The notes: generated from the letters alone by a model not told the origin. Numbered from the stretch's first letter, positions 14,949 to 23,838 are shown. The stretch is DNA of 64,000 nt from an uncultured Francisella sp. (GCA_964416645.1 CAYQEZ010000002.1:2444-66443), one strand, 5' to 3'. Numbers and translations: made by a program.

Positions 14949-15660
14949 GAACGTACTGCTTCTGATGGATATTCAGTTGAATATAGATTTCAATACGACG
15001 ATTATCGGCGTAGTTCATGACATGGTTTTTAGGTCTAAAACTACCGAGTCCAGCAATGGCAAAGGTTTTGGCAGGCAGTTGTAGTTTTTGTTCCAATAAC
15101 TCTTGAATGGTCATTGCACGTGCGGTGGATAATTCCCAGTTGCTGGGAAAACGTGCGCTTTTCATGGGTTGTGCGTCGGTATGGCCTTCTACCAAAAGTT
15201 GCAGCTGTAACTGTTTTGTGCCACGTGTCACGGCTTGAATCTGTTGATCATGTCGTTGAGTGAAAGACGCCAGTTGTAATTGATTCAGTAGTACGCTCAG
15301 TTCAATCAGTCGATTTTGCCAAGCGGGTGCGAGTTTGTCAGAGCCGAGTGGAAACAGTTCATCGCCACTATCTTGCATGTGTAATGTTAAACGTATGCCT
15401 TTACTAACGGTGTTTTCAACTTGTAACCAATCCAGTTTAAACTGTTTTTTAATGGCGAGCGTTTGCTTAAACAGTTGCATTTGTACCTTTTGAAAATGGC
15501 GCTTTTCACTGTTTTGTTCGAAGGTAATCAGATTCATCGACAGAATAAAGAAGGCGAGTAAGGAGGTGAAGAGCGAAATGTAGGTGAGTAGCCAAGCACT
15601 TTCTCGATCCATCTTGGGGAAGTTAACTGAAAGAGAGGGTTTTAAACGATGGCCGTTCAT
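14935..15660 (-). CDS. MotB/OmpA-family stator-like protein B1 (TM Asp replaced)
   Basis: TM AWLLTYISLFTSLLAFFIL, where canonical YAD reads YIS. OmpA-like VEGHTDAQP...SNWELSTARA...NRRIEIYI. ATGA overlap with the motA-like stop. Confidence 0.85.
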   Translation of the reverse strand: MNGHRLKPSLSVNFPKMDRESAWLLTYISLFTSLLAFFILSMNLITFEQNSEKRHFQKVQMQLFKQTLAIKKQFKLDWLQVENTVSKGIRLTLHMQDSGDELFPLGSDKLAPAWQNRLIELSVLLNQLQLASFTQRHDQQIQAVTRGTKQLQLQLLVEGHTDAQPMKSARFPSNWELSTARAMTIQELLEQKLQLPAKTFAIAGLGSFRPKNHVMNYADNRRIEIYIQLNIHQKQYVHDTP

Positions 15661-16490
15661 CTTGCTCGTTGCTCATTAATATCGTTGCGAAGACGTTGTG
15701 AAACAAACATCAGCAGTTCATCTTTAATGCGCAATGGCGATTCTTGGCGGTGAATGGCCAATATGCCCATCATGATGATTTCAGCTTCACGAATTTCTTG
15801 TTTAGACAAATTACTCAATTTGCCCGCTATGGGTAAAAAGATAAAGTTAGCCAGTAACACCCCATAAAAAGTGGTCACCAGTGCCACGCCCATGCCTGTG
15901 AGCAGTTGCTGCATCACATCATTACCCTCACTCATGGCGAAGTTGTCGGCTGGATTGGTATTGCCTTGCATGCTCATCATCATAATCAGTCCCATCACTG
16001 TTCCCAGCATGCCGAAGGCGGGGGCATAAGAAGCCATGTTATAGAACATTTCCTGACAGTTGGCATGACGCAGCTGCATGCTGGATAGCTCGTTGTGTAG
16101 GTTGCGTTCGAGTGCACTGTTGTCGTTGGTTATTAATAGCTCGGCTAAGCCAAGTCGAATAAATCCGTGATCAATTGTGTCTATGTGTTTTTCTAATGCT
16201 AGTTTGCCATGACGTTGTGCGATAATGGCGAGGTCGAGCAACTCATCAATAACGAGTTTTTCAGAACGACTTTCTCGGCTCATGGCGATCCAAATGCCTT
16301 TGAATAAGCAGGTTAGTTGATTGAGCGGATAATTGATTAATACGGCTGCCAGCACCCCACCCACGACGATTAGCGCCGAGCGAGCATCAAGAAAAGCGGA
16401 CACAAAATGCATTTGTTGGTAATCGAACATACTGGAAACGATGACGATTACGCCGAGCATTAGGCCGAGTAGGGTGGCAAGTTTGTTCAT
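15657..16490 (-). CDS. MotA/PomA-family proton-channel (stator A) protein
   Basis: 277 aa. TM3/TM4 signature APAFGMLGTVMGLI and ALVTTFYGVLLANFIFLPIAGKL, with both conserved prolines. Confidence 0.88.
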   Translation of the reverse strand: MNKLATLLGLMLGVIVIVSSMFDYQQMHFVSAFLDARSALIVVGGVLAAVLINYPLNQLTCLFKGIWIAMSRESRSEKLVIDELLDLAIIAQRHGKLALEKHIDTIDHGFIRLGLAELLITNDNSALERNLHNELSSMQLRHANCQEMFYNMASYAPAFGMLGTVMGLIMMMSMQGNTNPADNFAMSEGNDVMQQLLTGMGVALVTTFYGVLLANFIFLPIAGKLSNLSKQEIREAEIIMMGILAIHRQESPLRIKDELLMFVSQRLRNDINEQRAR

Positions 16491-16611
16491 TATGGTTAAA
16501 GCAACATAGGGTGTGTTTGGCTCATCATAGCTTTTTGGTTAACTTCATCGACTATTGATAAAGCACAAAGTGAACCAACTTATATTTTTTAATAGTGATT
16601 GTGGGGTTTTC

Positions 16612-17445
16612 ATGAATCAAAGCAGGGAAATTGTGATTGATATTCGCCCAGAAGCGGAGTTTTTGCAAGGACATCAGCAGGGCAGTGTTCATTTTGATGG
16701 CGTTTTGGCTCTGTCAGAGCGTCAGTATGAATTACCAGAACCACAGCAAGTCATGACCATTGTGCATGGATCGGAGCAAGTTGCTGATTTATTAGCTTGG
16801 ATTCAAACCAAAGGTTGTCAACACACACAATTGCAACTTTGGTCTGAAGCTTTTAAGGAGCAGCTAATACGGCAGCAAGCTTTGGCGACGGGAGTGTCTG
16901 ATGGCTACGCTTGGCGTCCATCTAAAGTGGTTGAATATTTCACCAATAACGTGGCTTTGCCCGATGATGTTCAATTACGTCAAGGCGTGGATATTGGCTG
17001 CGGTGCTGGACGAGATTTGATTTATTTGGCTATGCATGGCTGGCAGATGACGGGGGTTGATGTGCGTTTAGAAATGCTGGAAAAAGCGCAAGCACTAGCC
17101 ATGCGCCAACAGGTTTTCATCACCACTTGGCAGAGGGACTGTGAGCAGCTTGTTGATCCCTTTGCTGACTTGGCAGATGCGAGTGTTGGTCTTATTAACG
17201 TTGCGCGCTATTTGCATCGCCCCTTGTTTCCAGTCATCAGACGTTTATTAGCGCCTAAGGGGTATCTGATCTATCATACCTTTATGCAGGGCTGCGAAGC
17301 CTTTGGCAGTCCAAAAAACCCGCGTTTTTTACTGGCTCCTGATGAGTTGTCCATGACTTTTTCTGACTATCAGATTTTGCTTGATGAGGTCATCACCCTA
17401 GCGGATGGGCGACCAATGGCAGCCTTTATCGCCAGAAAACCTTAA
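16612..17445 (+). CDS. Rhodanese-homology domain (no active-site Cys) fused to a SAM-dependent methyltransferase (TehB-like)
   Basis: N-terminus VIDIRPEAEFLQGHQQGSVHF, with the Cys position reading IVHGSEQ. C-terminal half has VDIGCGAGRDLIYLA methyltransferase motif I. Start set at the ATG at 16612. Confidence 0.78.
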   Translation: MNQSREIVIDIRPEAEFLQGHQQGSVHFDGVLALSERQYELPEPQQVMTIVHGSEQVADLLAWIQTKGCQHTQLQLWSEAFKEQLIRQQALATGVSDGYAWRPSKVVEYFTNNVALPDDVQLRQGVDIGCGAGRDLIYLAMHGWQMTGVDVRLEMLEKAQALAMRQQVFITTWQRDCEQLVDPFADLADASVGLINVARYLHRPLFPVIRRLLAPKGYLIYHTFMQGCEAFGSPKNPRFLLAPDELSMTFSDYQILLDEVITLADGRPMAAFIARKP

Positions 17446-17451
17446 ACTCGT

Positions 17452-17497
17452 AAAGTCTGAATCAGAAGCGAATCTCACTATTCAGACTTTCCTTTCA
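17452..17497 (+). repeat. Solo hairpin module of the intergenic repeat family (copy E)
   Basis: AAAGTCTGAAT-N17(contains AGCGAA)-ATTCAGACTTT followed by CCTTTC. Matches the 3-prime module of the copies at 30438-30578 and 30605-30773. Lies in the 60-nt gap between convergent genes. Confidence 0.5.
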
Positions 17498-17505
17498 GGC
17501 ATTCT

Positions 17506-18873
17506 CTAGCTATGAACAATCGTTTTTAGATTGGTAAACTCTAATAAACCCAAGCGGCCCATTTCTCGGCCAACACCAGAGTTGCCTGTACCACCAAAAG
17601 GTAAGCGTGGGTCAGAGCGCATTAAGCCATTAATATAGGTGCACCCCGTGCGCAGGTTTTCAGCAATGGTTTGCGCCGTGGTGCTGTCTTGAGTGAAGAC
17701 CGTTGAACCCAGCCCAAAATGACTGCTGTTAGCTAATGAAATGGCATGTTGAATATCGCTGGCTTTGGTAATAGTGGCGAGAGGACCAAAAGTTTCTTCG
17801 TCAAATGCTTTCATGCCTGGCATAGCATTCGCGAGTAATGTCGGTTGATAGCAACCGTCATGTTTCGACCATTTGGCGCCACCACAACACAACTCAGCAC
17901 CTGAGTTAAGTGTTGCGTTCACTTGTTCATGTAATTCGTCACAGTGTTGGGCGCGTGCGAGTGGAGCTATGTCCGTTTCTGGGTTCATCGGGTCACCCAT
18001 TTTCAGCTGTTGAATGCGTTCAGTTAGCGCTTCACAAAAATCAGCATAATGATATTTGTCGATAATGAAGCGTTTAGCGGCAATGCAGCTTTGTCCCGCA
18101 TTGGTAAAGCGTGATTGAATAGCTGTATCTAATGCCAAGTTGAGATTGGCATCTTCCAACACAATAAAAGGGTCAGAACCGCCTAATTCTAGGACAACTT
18201 TTTTGAAGTCTGCAGCCGCTGCTTGCGCAACCGAACGCCCTGCGGGTTCACTACCTGTAAGACTGACGCCACGAATATGTGGATGGCGAACCAGTTGCTC
18301 AACCTGATTTGCTGGCACAAAAACAACATTAAATAATCCCTCTTTGAAGCCAGCTTCTTGAAATAAGGTGAATAGTGCTTGTGCACATAAGGGCACATTG
18401 CTCGCATGCTTTAACAACACGCCATTGCCTGCGATGATGGCTGGAATGGCAGCACGAATGACTTGCCAAAATGGAAAATTCCAGGGCATGACTAATAAAA
18501 TAACCCCTAACGGAAGGGGTTGCACGAAGCTTTTGCGTGCTTCTGTGGCAATATATTCAGGTTCTAACCAGTCGGCGCTTTGTGTTGCATACACATCGCA
18601 TAGCCATGCACACTTATCAATTTCGGCTAAAGATTCAACATAGCGTTTACCCATTTCCTGTGTTATGAGTTTTGCCAGTGTTTCTCGATCACGACGCAGT
18701 AGTTTAGCTAAGGTTTCGACTGGCTCAACGCGCTCATAAATGGAAAAATGTTTATGCCAGTTTTTGAATGCTTGCTGAGCTTTATTTAAACTTTTTTCTA
18801 TCTCGGATGCCGATGTAAATGCTATCTTGGCTAATTGCTCTTTGGTCCAAGGATTGCAACTTATTTGGCTCAT
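17506..18873 (-). CDS. NAD(P)-dependent aldehyde dehydrogenase (succinate-semialdehyde dehydrogenase-like)
   Basis: ALDH motifs (FPFWQV, ELGGSDP, GQSCIAAKR catalytic Cys, EETFGP). Start set at the ATG at 18873, which overlaps the upstream stop (ATGA). Confidence 0.9.
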   Translation of the reverse strand: MSQISCNPWTKEQLAKIAFTSASEIEKSLNKAQQAFKNWHKHFSIYERVEPVETLAKLLRRDRETLAKLITQEMGKRYVESLAEIDKCAWLCDVYATQSADWLEPEYIATEARKSFVQPLPLGVILLVMPWNFPFWQVIRAAIPAIIAGNGVLLKHASNVPLCAQALFTLFQEAGFKEGLFNVVFVPANQVEQLVRHPHIRGVSLTGSEPAGRSVAQAAAADFKKVVLELGGSDPFIVLEDANLNLALDTAIQSRFTNAGQSCIAAKRFIIDKYHYADFCEALTERIQQLKMGDPMNPETDIAPLARAQHCDELHEQVNATLNSGAELCCGGAKWSKHDGCYQPTLLANAMPGMKAFDEETFGPLATITKASDIQHAISLANSSHFGLGSTVFTQDSTTAQTIAENLRTGCTYINGLMRSDPRLPFGGTGNSGVGREMGRLGLLEFTNLKTIVHS

Positions 18874-20087
18874 TGTGTTTCTCGCATCACCTGACTGCCC
18901 CAACGTGCTGCGGTTAAGTAATGATTCGACAAATCCATAATCGCTGCGTCTTCATAGGTCAAAGACATGAGGTCGGCATAAGGGTTTTCAAATTGTTTGG
19001 CAATCCACAAGGCTTGTCCAACTGAACCTTGATAATTGATCATGGCTGTTTTTAAGTGCTCAGCGATCGGTAATTCATCCAGCACCTCGTCTTGGGGCAA
19101 GTCAAAGTAAGCACCCAAGGTTGAAAAAAGTCCTACTAAAAAATAGCTGTCTTTTTCGCTTTTGTGTCCACAGTGTTCGGCTAACTGCTCACAAAGTTTA
19201 GCGCGTACCAGCGATGTTTCCATCAGAGCTTGAGGTTTTTCATCCACTTCCGACATCAAAATCATGCTAATCCATAATTTTAAGCGCTTTAATCCCATAT
19301 AACGAATGGCATCTGTGATGGAAGTAACCTGAATGGGTAGATTGTGTTGCGGTTGATTGATAGCAGTAAGCAGTTTATGACTTAGTGTGACATCATGGCT
19401 AATAATGTCTGCTAAGGTTTCTAGCTCAGTATCATTGTTGTTTACTTTAGATAAGAGTTGTAACAAATTTAATTTACTGGCGCTGAGTTTTTTGCCATGC
19501 AACACAATCGGATTGGTAAAGAAAAAACCTTGAAAATAATCAAAACCACTGGCTTTGAGTTGTTGCACACTGCTGTCATCGAGTACGTCCTGTGCAATCA
19601 CCTTTAGTGATGCTTGGTGCAATTTAGCAATTATCGCCGCATAGTCTTCGTGTTGATGCTGTTTGGGATTAATCTTAACATACTGACAAGCACTTGCCAC
19701 GCGATCATGATCAGGGTTGTTTGGCTGATAGTTGCTTAAACATAAGCGGATACCACCTAGACGAAGAGTTTTTAATAGCTTAAGTGTTTCTGGCTGTTGT
19801 GCAACGGAAACTTCTATTTCGATGATGAGATGGTTTGGATTGGGGGTTAGTGTAAGCAGGCTTTCGTTTAGAACCAATTGATTGGCGCGTAAAAAAATCA
19901 GCGCACCACCTGCTAATTGAGCTAGGTCGTGTGTTTTGTGCAGTTGTGTAAAGCACTCTAAGGCGACCTGACCCGTATAGGTAATGGGTTGCATTATTAA
20001 CTCGTAACCAATAATGGCCATTTGTGCATTGAGAATAGGTTGTCTTAGCAGGGTTACGTCGGTCAACATGCAATACCTCTTAATCAT
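18870..20087 (-). CDS. Degenerate EAL domain plus HDOD domain protein
   Basis: EAL-fold landmarks (RQPIL, GYELIMQ, FLRAN, IIEIE, VKIN, QGFFFTNP), then an HDOD-like region (ISHDVTLSHKLL...MGLKRLKLW). Confidence 0.85.
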   Translation of the reverse strand: MIKRYCMLTDVTLLRQPILNAQMAIIGYELIMQPITYTGQVALECFTQLHKTHDLAQLAGGALIFLRANQLVLNESLLTLTPNPNHLIIEIEVSVAQQPETLKLLKTLRLGGIRLCLSNYQPNNPDHDRVASACQYVKINPKQHQHEDYAAIIAKLHQASLKVIAQDVLDDSSVQQLKASGFDYFQGFFFTNPIVLHGKKLSASKLNLLQLLSKVNNNDTELETLADIISHDVTLSHKLLTAINQPQHNLPIQVTSITDAIRYMGLKRLKLWISMILMSEVDEKPQALMETSLVRAKLCEQLAEHCGHKSEKDSYFLVGLFSTLGAYFDLPQDEVLDELPIAEHLKTAMINYQGSVGQALWIAKQFENPYADLMSLTYEDAAIMDLSNHYLTAARWGSQVMRETQ

Positions 20088-20221
20088 TATTATTCGAATT
20101 TTTCTGTATCACTTTAGCTTAGCTGAGGCTGGCTTGCAAGGCATTGAGTGCTGTTTTTGTGCGTAATTCAGAGTGCGTTTCCTTTTGTGATGCCTATCTT
20201 GTATAATATTGAAGATTTTTA

Positions 20222-20488
20222 ATGAAGGATATCAATATTATGACCATTTCTCGTGTAATTAATTTGTTTGCTGGTCTAATGATCATGATCAGTATTTTGC
20301 TAGCTCACATGTCGGGAGCTGTCGATATTACGGAAATGAGCTGGTTGTGGTTGACTGCTTTTGTGGGCTTTAACCTGTTCCAGTTTTCAATCACTGGTTT
20401 TTGTCCACTAGACAAAATATTGCGTAAGATGGGCTTTAAAGATAGCGCTGACTCTGGATGCGGTGCGGGTGGTTGCGGATCTCATTAA
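20222..20488 (+). CDS. Small membrane protein, DUF2892/YgaP-like
   Basis: Two hydrophobic helices and a FCPLDKIL motif typical of DUF2892. Cys/Gly-rich tail. The alternative ATG at 20240 is equally plausible. Confidence 0.65.
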   Translation: MKDINIMTISRVINLFAGLMIMISILLAHMSGAVDITEMSWLWLTAFVGFNLFQFSITGFCPLDKILRKMGFKDSADSGCGAGGCGSH

Positions 20489-20512
20489 ATTGATTCGTTT
20501 TGCTGCTTAATT

Positions 20513-20540
20513 AAAAAACCGCCGATAGGCGGTTTTTATT
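20513..20540. terminator. Bidirectional rho-independent terminator
   Basis: AAAAAACCGCC-GATA-GGCGGTTTTT between convergent genes. Confidence 0.7.
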
Positions 20541-20621
20541 ATAAGCGGTTTTTATTAAGTGCGTCTGCTAATGGTAAGTAGCTGATTAATTGGTTTGGGC
20601 TTTAACACAATCAGTGTGCTT

Positions 20622-21686
20622 TTAGCCCCACACCTTACGTCTCGCCTGCACACCGTTCGCTAGGGCTTCTAAACTATCGACACTGGCTTCCCAGCCTAAA
20701 CAACCATCGGTGATGCTTTGGCCGTAGGTGAGAACGCAATCGGGTTTCACGTCTTGGCGACCTTCAACCAAGTGGCTTTCGATCATCACGCCCATAATGC
20801 TTTTATTACCAGCAGTGAGTTGATCGGCAATATTGTCCGCTACCAAAGTCTGCTTACGAAAGTCTTTGTTGCTGTTGGCATGGGAACAGTCAATCATTAA
20901 CTTTTGACGCACACCTGCTTTTGCCAGTTTATCAACTGCATCGGCAACGTGAGGTGCTGAGTAATTTGGTTCGCCATTGCCGCCACGAAGAATGATGTGA
21001 CAATCATCATTGCCTTTGGTATGGAAAATGGCTGAACGACCTTCTTTGGTCAGTGACATGAAAATATGCGAACGCTCAGCAGCACGAATGGCGTCAATGG
21101 CAATGTTGACACTGCCATCGGTGCCATTTTTAAAGCCAACAGGGCAAGATAAGCCCGAAGCTAACTCGCGATGTCCTTGGCTTTCGGTGGTGCGCGCACC
21201 GATGGCACCCCAACTCACCAAGTCGGCAATATATTGTGGTGAAATAAGGTCTAGAAATTCAGTGGCTGCTGGCATGCCCATGCTGTTAATATCCAGCAGT
21301 AAGCCACGTGCCAGGGCTAATCCCTTGTTGATTTGAAAAGATTCATCTAAATTCGGATCGTTAATCAGTCCTTTCCAACCCACAGTGGTGCGAGGCTTTT
21401 CGAAGTAAACGCGCATAACAATCAGTAGGTCTTTTTCGTAGCGTTTTTTGACTTCCAGTAACCGACTGGCATACTCGCGCGCGGCGTCAGGGTCATGAAT
21501 CGAGCATGGACCGACAACAACGAGTACACGGTCATCATTGCCATTTAATATGTCATGTATCTGGGCGCGTGTATCATGAATTAACTTAGACGCGCGCTCA
21601 GTCATGGGATAACGAGCGTGTAACTCTTGCGGTGAAATGACTTCGGTCATAGTGCGAATGCGCAGGTCGTCGGTAGCGTACTTCAT
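20622..21686 (-). CDS. 3-deoxy-7-phosphoheptulonate (DAHP) synthase, class I
   Basis: Class I-alpha DAHP synthase motifs (VVVGPCSIHD, GLINDP, KPRT, IMIDCSHANS). Start set at MKYATDDLRI (21686). The isozyme cannot be assigned. Confidence 0.92.
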   Translation of the reverse strand: MKYATDDLRIRTMTEVISPQELHARYPMTERASKLIHDTRAQIHDILNGNDDRVLVVVGPCSIHDPDAAREYASRLLEVKKRYEKDLLIVMRVYFEKPRTTVGWKGLINDPNLDESFQINKGLALARGLLLDINSMGMPAATEFLDLISPQYIADLVSWGAIGARTTESQGHRELASGLSCPVGFKNGTDGSVNIAIDAIRAAERSHIFMSLTKEGRSAIFHTKGNDDCHIILRGGNGEPNYSAPHVADAVDKLAKAGVRQKLMIDCSHANSNKDFRKQTLVADNIADQLTAGNKSIMGVMIESHLVEGRQDVKPDCVLTYGQSITDGCLGWEASVDSLEALANGVQARRKVWG

Positions 21687-21796
21687 GGCGTTATGGCTGC
21701 ATAAAAATAAAATTAATAGCCCTACATTATCCCATAAATCAAGGTTAGTGGCTAGTTTTGTGCTCATGGACTTTGTTAAGAGCAGGCGATAATGAG

Positions 21797-21941
21797 TAGG
21801 AAACCTCTAAAAATCTAGCTTCGCTCGTTTTTAGACTTTCCAATTTTGTTTTTAGCTGAAAGAAGAGGTTTTATCAATGTGTTAGATGCTATTTTTAGCA
21901 ACCCCTTCCTTCAGGCTTCCTACCCATTGGGTTATTAGATG
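21797..21941 (-). repeat. Intergenic repeat family, full copy A (MITE-like)
   Basis: Its reverse complement aligns by hand along nearly its whole length with 30605-30773. Lies between divergent DAHP synthase and argS. Confidence 0.7.
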
Positions 21942-22015
21942 TTCCCAGTAGTTTAATAACGCATTTTAGGCTAAAATTGAAGATTATCTCTAATTTTTGC
22001 TCTAAAACGGTCATC

Positions 22016-23800
22016 ATGAAACAAGCTTTGCATTCTCTCGTTGTCTCTGGTTTAACGCAATGTCGTGACGCAGGTCATATTGCTCGGTTCGATCCCGCTC
22101 AAATTAAAATCGAATTGCCACGCGATAAGAGTCATGGTGACTTTGCTACCAACGTGGCGATGATGTTGGCGAAACCCAATGGCATGAATCCTCGTGCTTT
22201 AGCAGAGCAACTCATTGCGCATCTGCCGAGTGCCGATTGGTTGGTTGGTGCAGAAATTGCTGGTCCTGGCTTTATTAATTTTCGCGTACAGGCTGCAGCT
22301 AAATTTGCCATTTTAGCGACTATTTTAGAAAAAACAACGGATTACGGGCGCATTAATGCAGGTGAAGGCAAGTTGGTGCAAGTGGAGTTTGTGTCGGCAA
22401 ACCCAACTGGTCCTTTGCATGTGGGGCATGGACGTGGCGCGGCTTATGGTTCGGCACTGGTTTCGCTGTTGCGTCATGCGGGTTATCAGGTTGAAGCAGA
22501 ATATTACGTCAATGACGCAGGTCGTCAGATGGATATTCTGACCGTCAGTGTGTGGTTGCGCTATTTGGCGTTATGTGGTGAGTCGTTCACTTTCCCGAGT
22601 AATGGGTATCAAGGCGATTACATCATCACCACCGCGCGTGCGCTGCTGAGTGAACAAGGCGAAAATCTGCGTGCGAACGCCACCGAGGTGTTTGCCAATG
22701 TATCTGCCGATCAGGTATTAGATGCCATGGGTCAGGTTATTAGTGGGGATAAAGAAGCGCATATTGATGACATTATCGTCAATGCACGTCGATTGTTGGG
22801 GACAGATAAATACCGCCTCATTCTTGATCGTGTGTTACACGATATTTTGGTCGATATCAAAGAAGACCTTGCCGAGTTTGGTGTGCATTACGATAATTGG
22901 TTTAGTGAACGTTCTTTAATGGATACGGGTATCGTTGATGCAGCCTTGGCGCGTTTAGAGGCGGCAGGTAAGCTCTACGAAAAAGAGGGTGCTATCTGGT
23001 TCCGTTCAACTGATTATGGCGATGCGAAAGACCGTGTGGTGGTGCGTGATAATGGCATTAAAACCTATTTTGCTTCTGACATCGCCTACCATTATGACAA
23101 GCTGTCACGAGGCTATGAAAAAGTCATTAATATTTGGGGATCAGATCACCACGGTTACATTCCGCGCGTGCGTGGTTCGATTCAAGCGATGGGCGAGGAC
23201 GATGCGCGTTTAGAAGTCTTATTGGTGCAGTTTGCCGTACTCTATCGTGGTGCGGAAAAAGCGTCTATGTCAACGCGTTCGGGTCAGTTTGTCACCCTGC
23301 GCGAGTTGCGTGAAGAAATTGGTACCGATGCGACGCGCTTTTTCTATGTCATGCGTCGTTGCGATCAGCACATGGATTTTGATTTGGATTTGGCTAAATC
23401 GAAAAGTAATGAAAATCCACTTTACTATATCCAGTATGCTCATGCGCGTTGTTGCGGTGTGTTTACGCAGGCTGTGGCTAAAGGCTTCCGTGCTTGGCAA
23501 TCAGAGCTGGGCTTGTCGCAGTTGGCACTGCTAACAGAAGAAGCTGAAGCCGAGTTAGCGCAAAAGCTGGCGCAGTTCCCCGAAGTGATTCAACACGCAG
23601 CGCGTGACCATGAACCTCATCAAATTGCTTATTACTTAAAAGAGTTAGCAACTCAGTTACACAGTTATTACAACAGCACGCCCGTGTTGGTAGAGGATGA
23701 TGCGTTACGCAATGCTCGTTTAACGCTGCTGGCAGCAACTCGCATTGTATTGGCGAATGGCTTGACGTTACTGGGTGTTTCTGCACCAGAGCGTATGTAA
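22016..23800 (+). CDS. argS: Arginine--tRNA ligase
   Basis: Class I aaRS: HIGH-type SANPTGPLHVGHGR and MSTRSG (KMSKS-type). Start set at MKQALHS (22016). Confidence 0.95.
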   Translation: MKQALHSLVVSGLTQCRDAGHIARFDPAQIKIELPRDKSHGDFATNVAMMLAKPNGMNPRALAEQLIAHLPSADWLVGAEIAGPGFINFRVQAAAKFAILATILEKTTDYGRINAGEGKLVQVEFVSANPTGPLHVGHGRGAAYGSALVSLLRHAGYQVEAEYYVNDAGRQMDILTVSVWLRYLALCGESFTFPSNGYQGDYIITTARALLSEQGENLRANATEVFANVSADQVLDAMGQVISGDKEAHIDDIIVNARRLLGTDKYRLILDRVLHDILVDIKEDLAEFGVHYDNWFSERSLMDTGIVDAALARLEAAGKLYEKEGAIWFRSTDYGDAKDRVVVRDNGIKTYFASDIAYHYDKLSRGYEKVINIWGSDHHGYIPRVRGSIQAMGEDDARLEVLLVQFAVLYRGAEKASMSTRSGQFVTLRELREEIGTDATRFFYVMRRCDQHMDFDLDLAKSKSNENPLYYIQYAHARCCGVFTQAVAKGFRAWQSELGLSQLALLTEEAEAELAQKLAQFPEVIQHAARDHEPHQIAYYLKELATQLHSYYNSTPVLVEDDALRNARLTLLAATRIVLANGLTLLGVSAPERM

Positions 23801-23838
23801 GCGATTGACTATGATGAGCGAATTGGGGTGGCAAATGT

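Noticed and set aside
14268-16490. Possible Zorya-type (ZorAB) anti-phage system.
   Set aside because: The MotA-like protein is ordinary stator size (277 aa) with no long ZorA tail. No ZorC/D/E-like or other defence genes are adjacent.
20529-20557. Short direct repeat GCGGTTTTTATTA x2 next to the terminator.
   Set aside because: It looks like a local duplication of the terminator's 3-prime arm and T-tract. It is too short to interpret.
21687-21767. N-terminal extension of the DAHP synthase ORF. Analogous 5-prime extensions occur for argS (21977-22015), the fructosamine-kinase-like gene (49958-50116), the methyltransferase (16555-16611) and the aldehyde dehydrogenase (18874-18903).
   Set aside because: The extensions have no homology to the respective families and overlap neighbouring genes or repeats. 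Internal ATGs give canonical N-termini.
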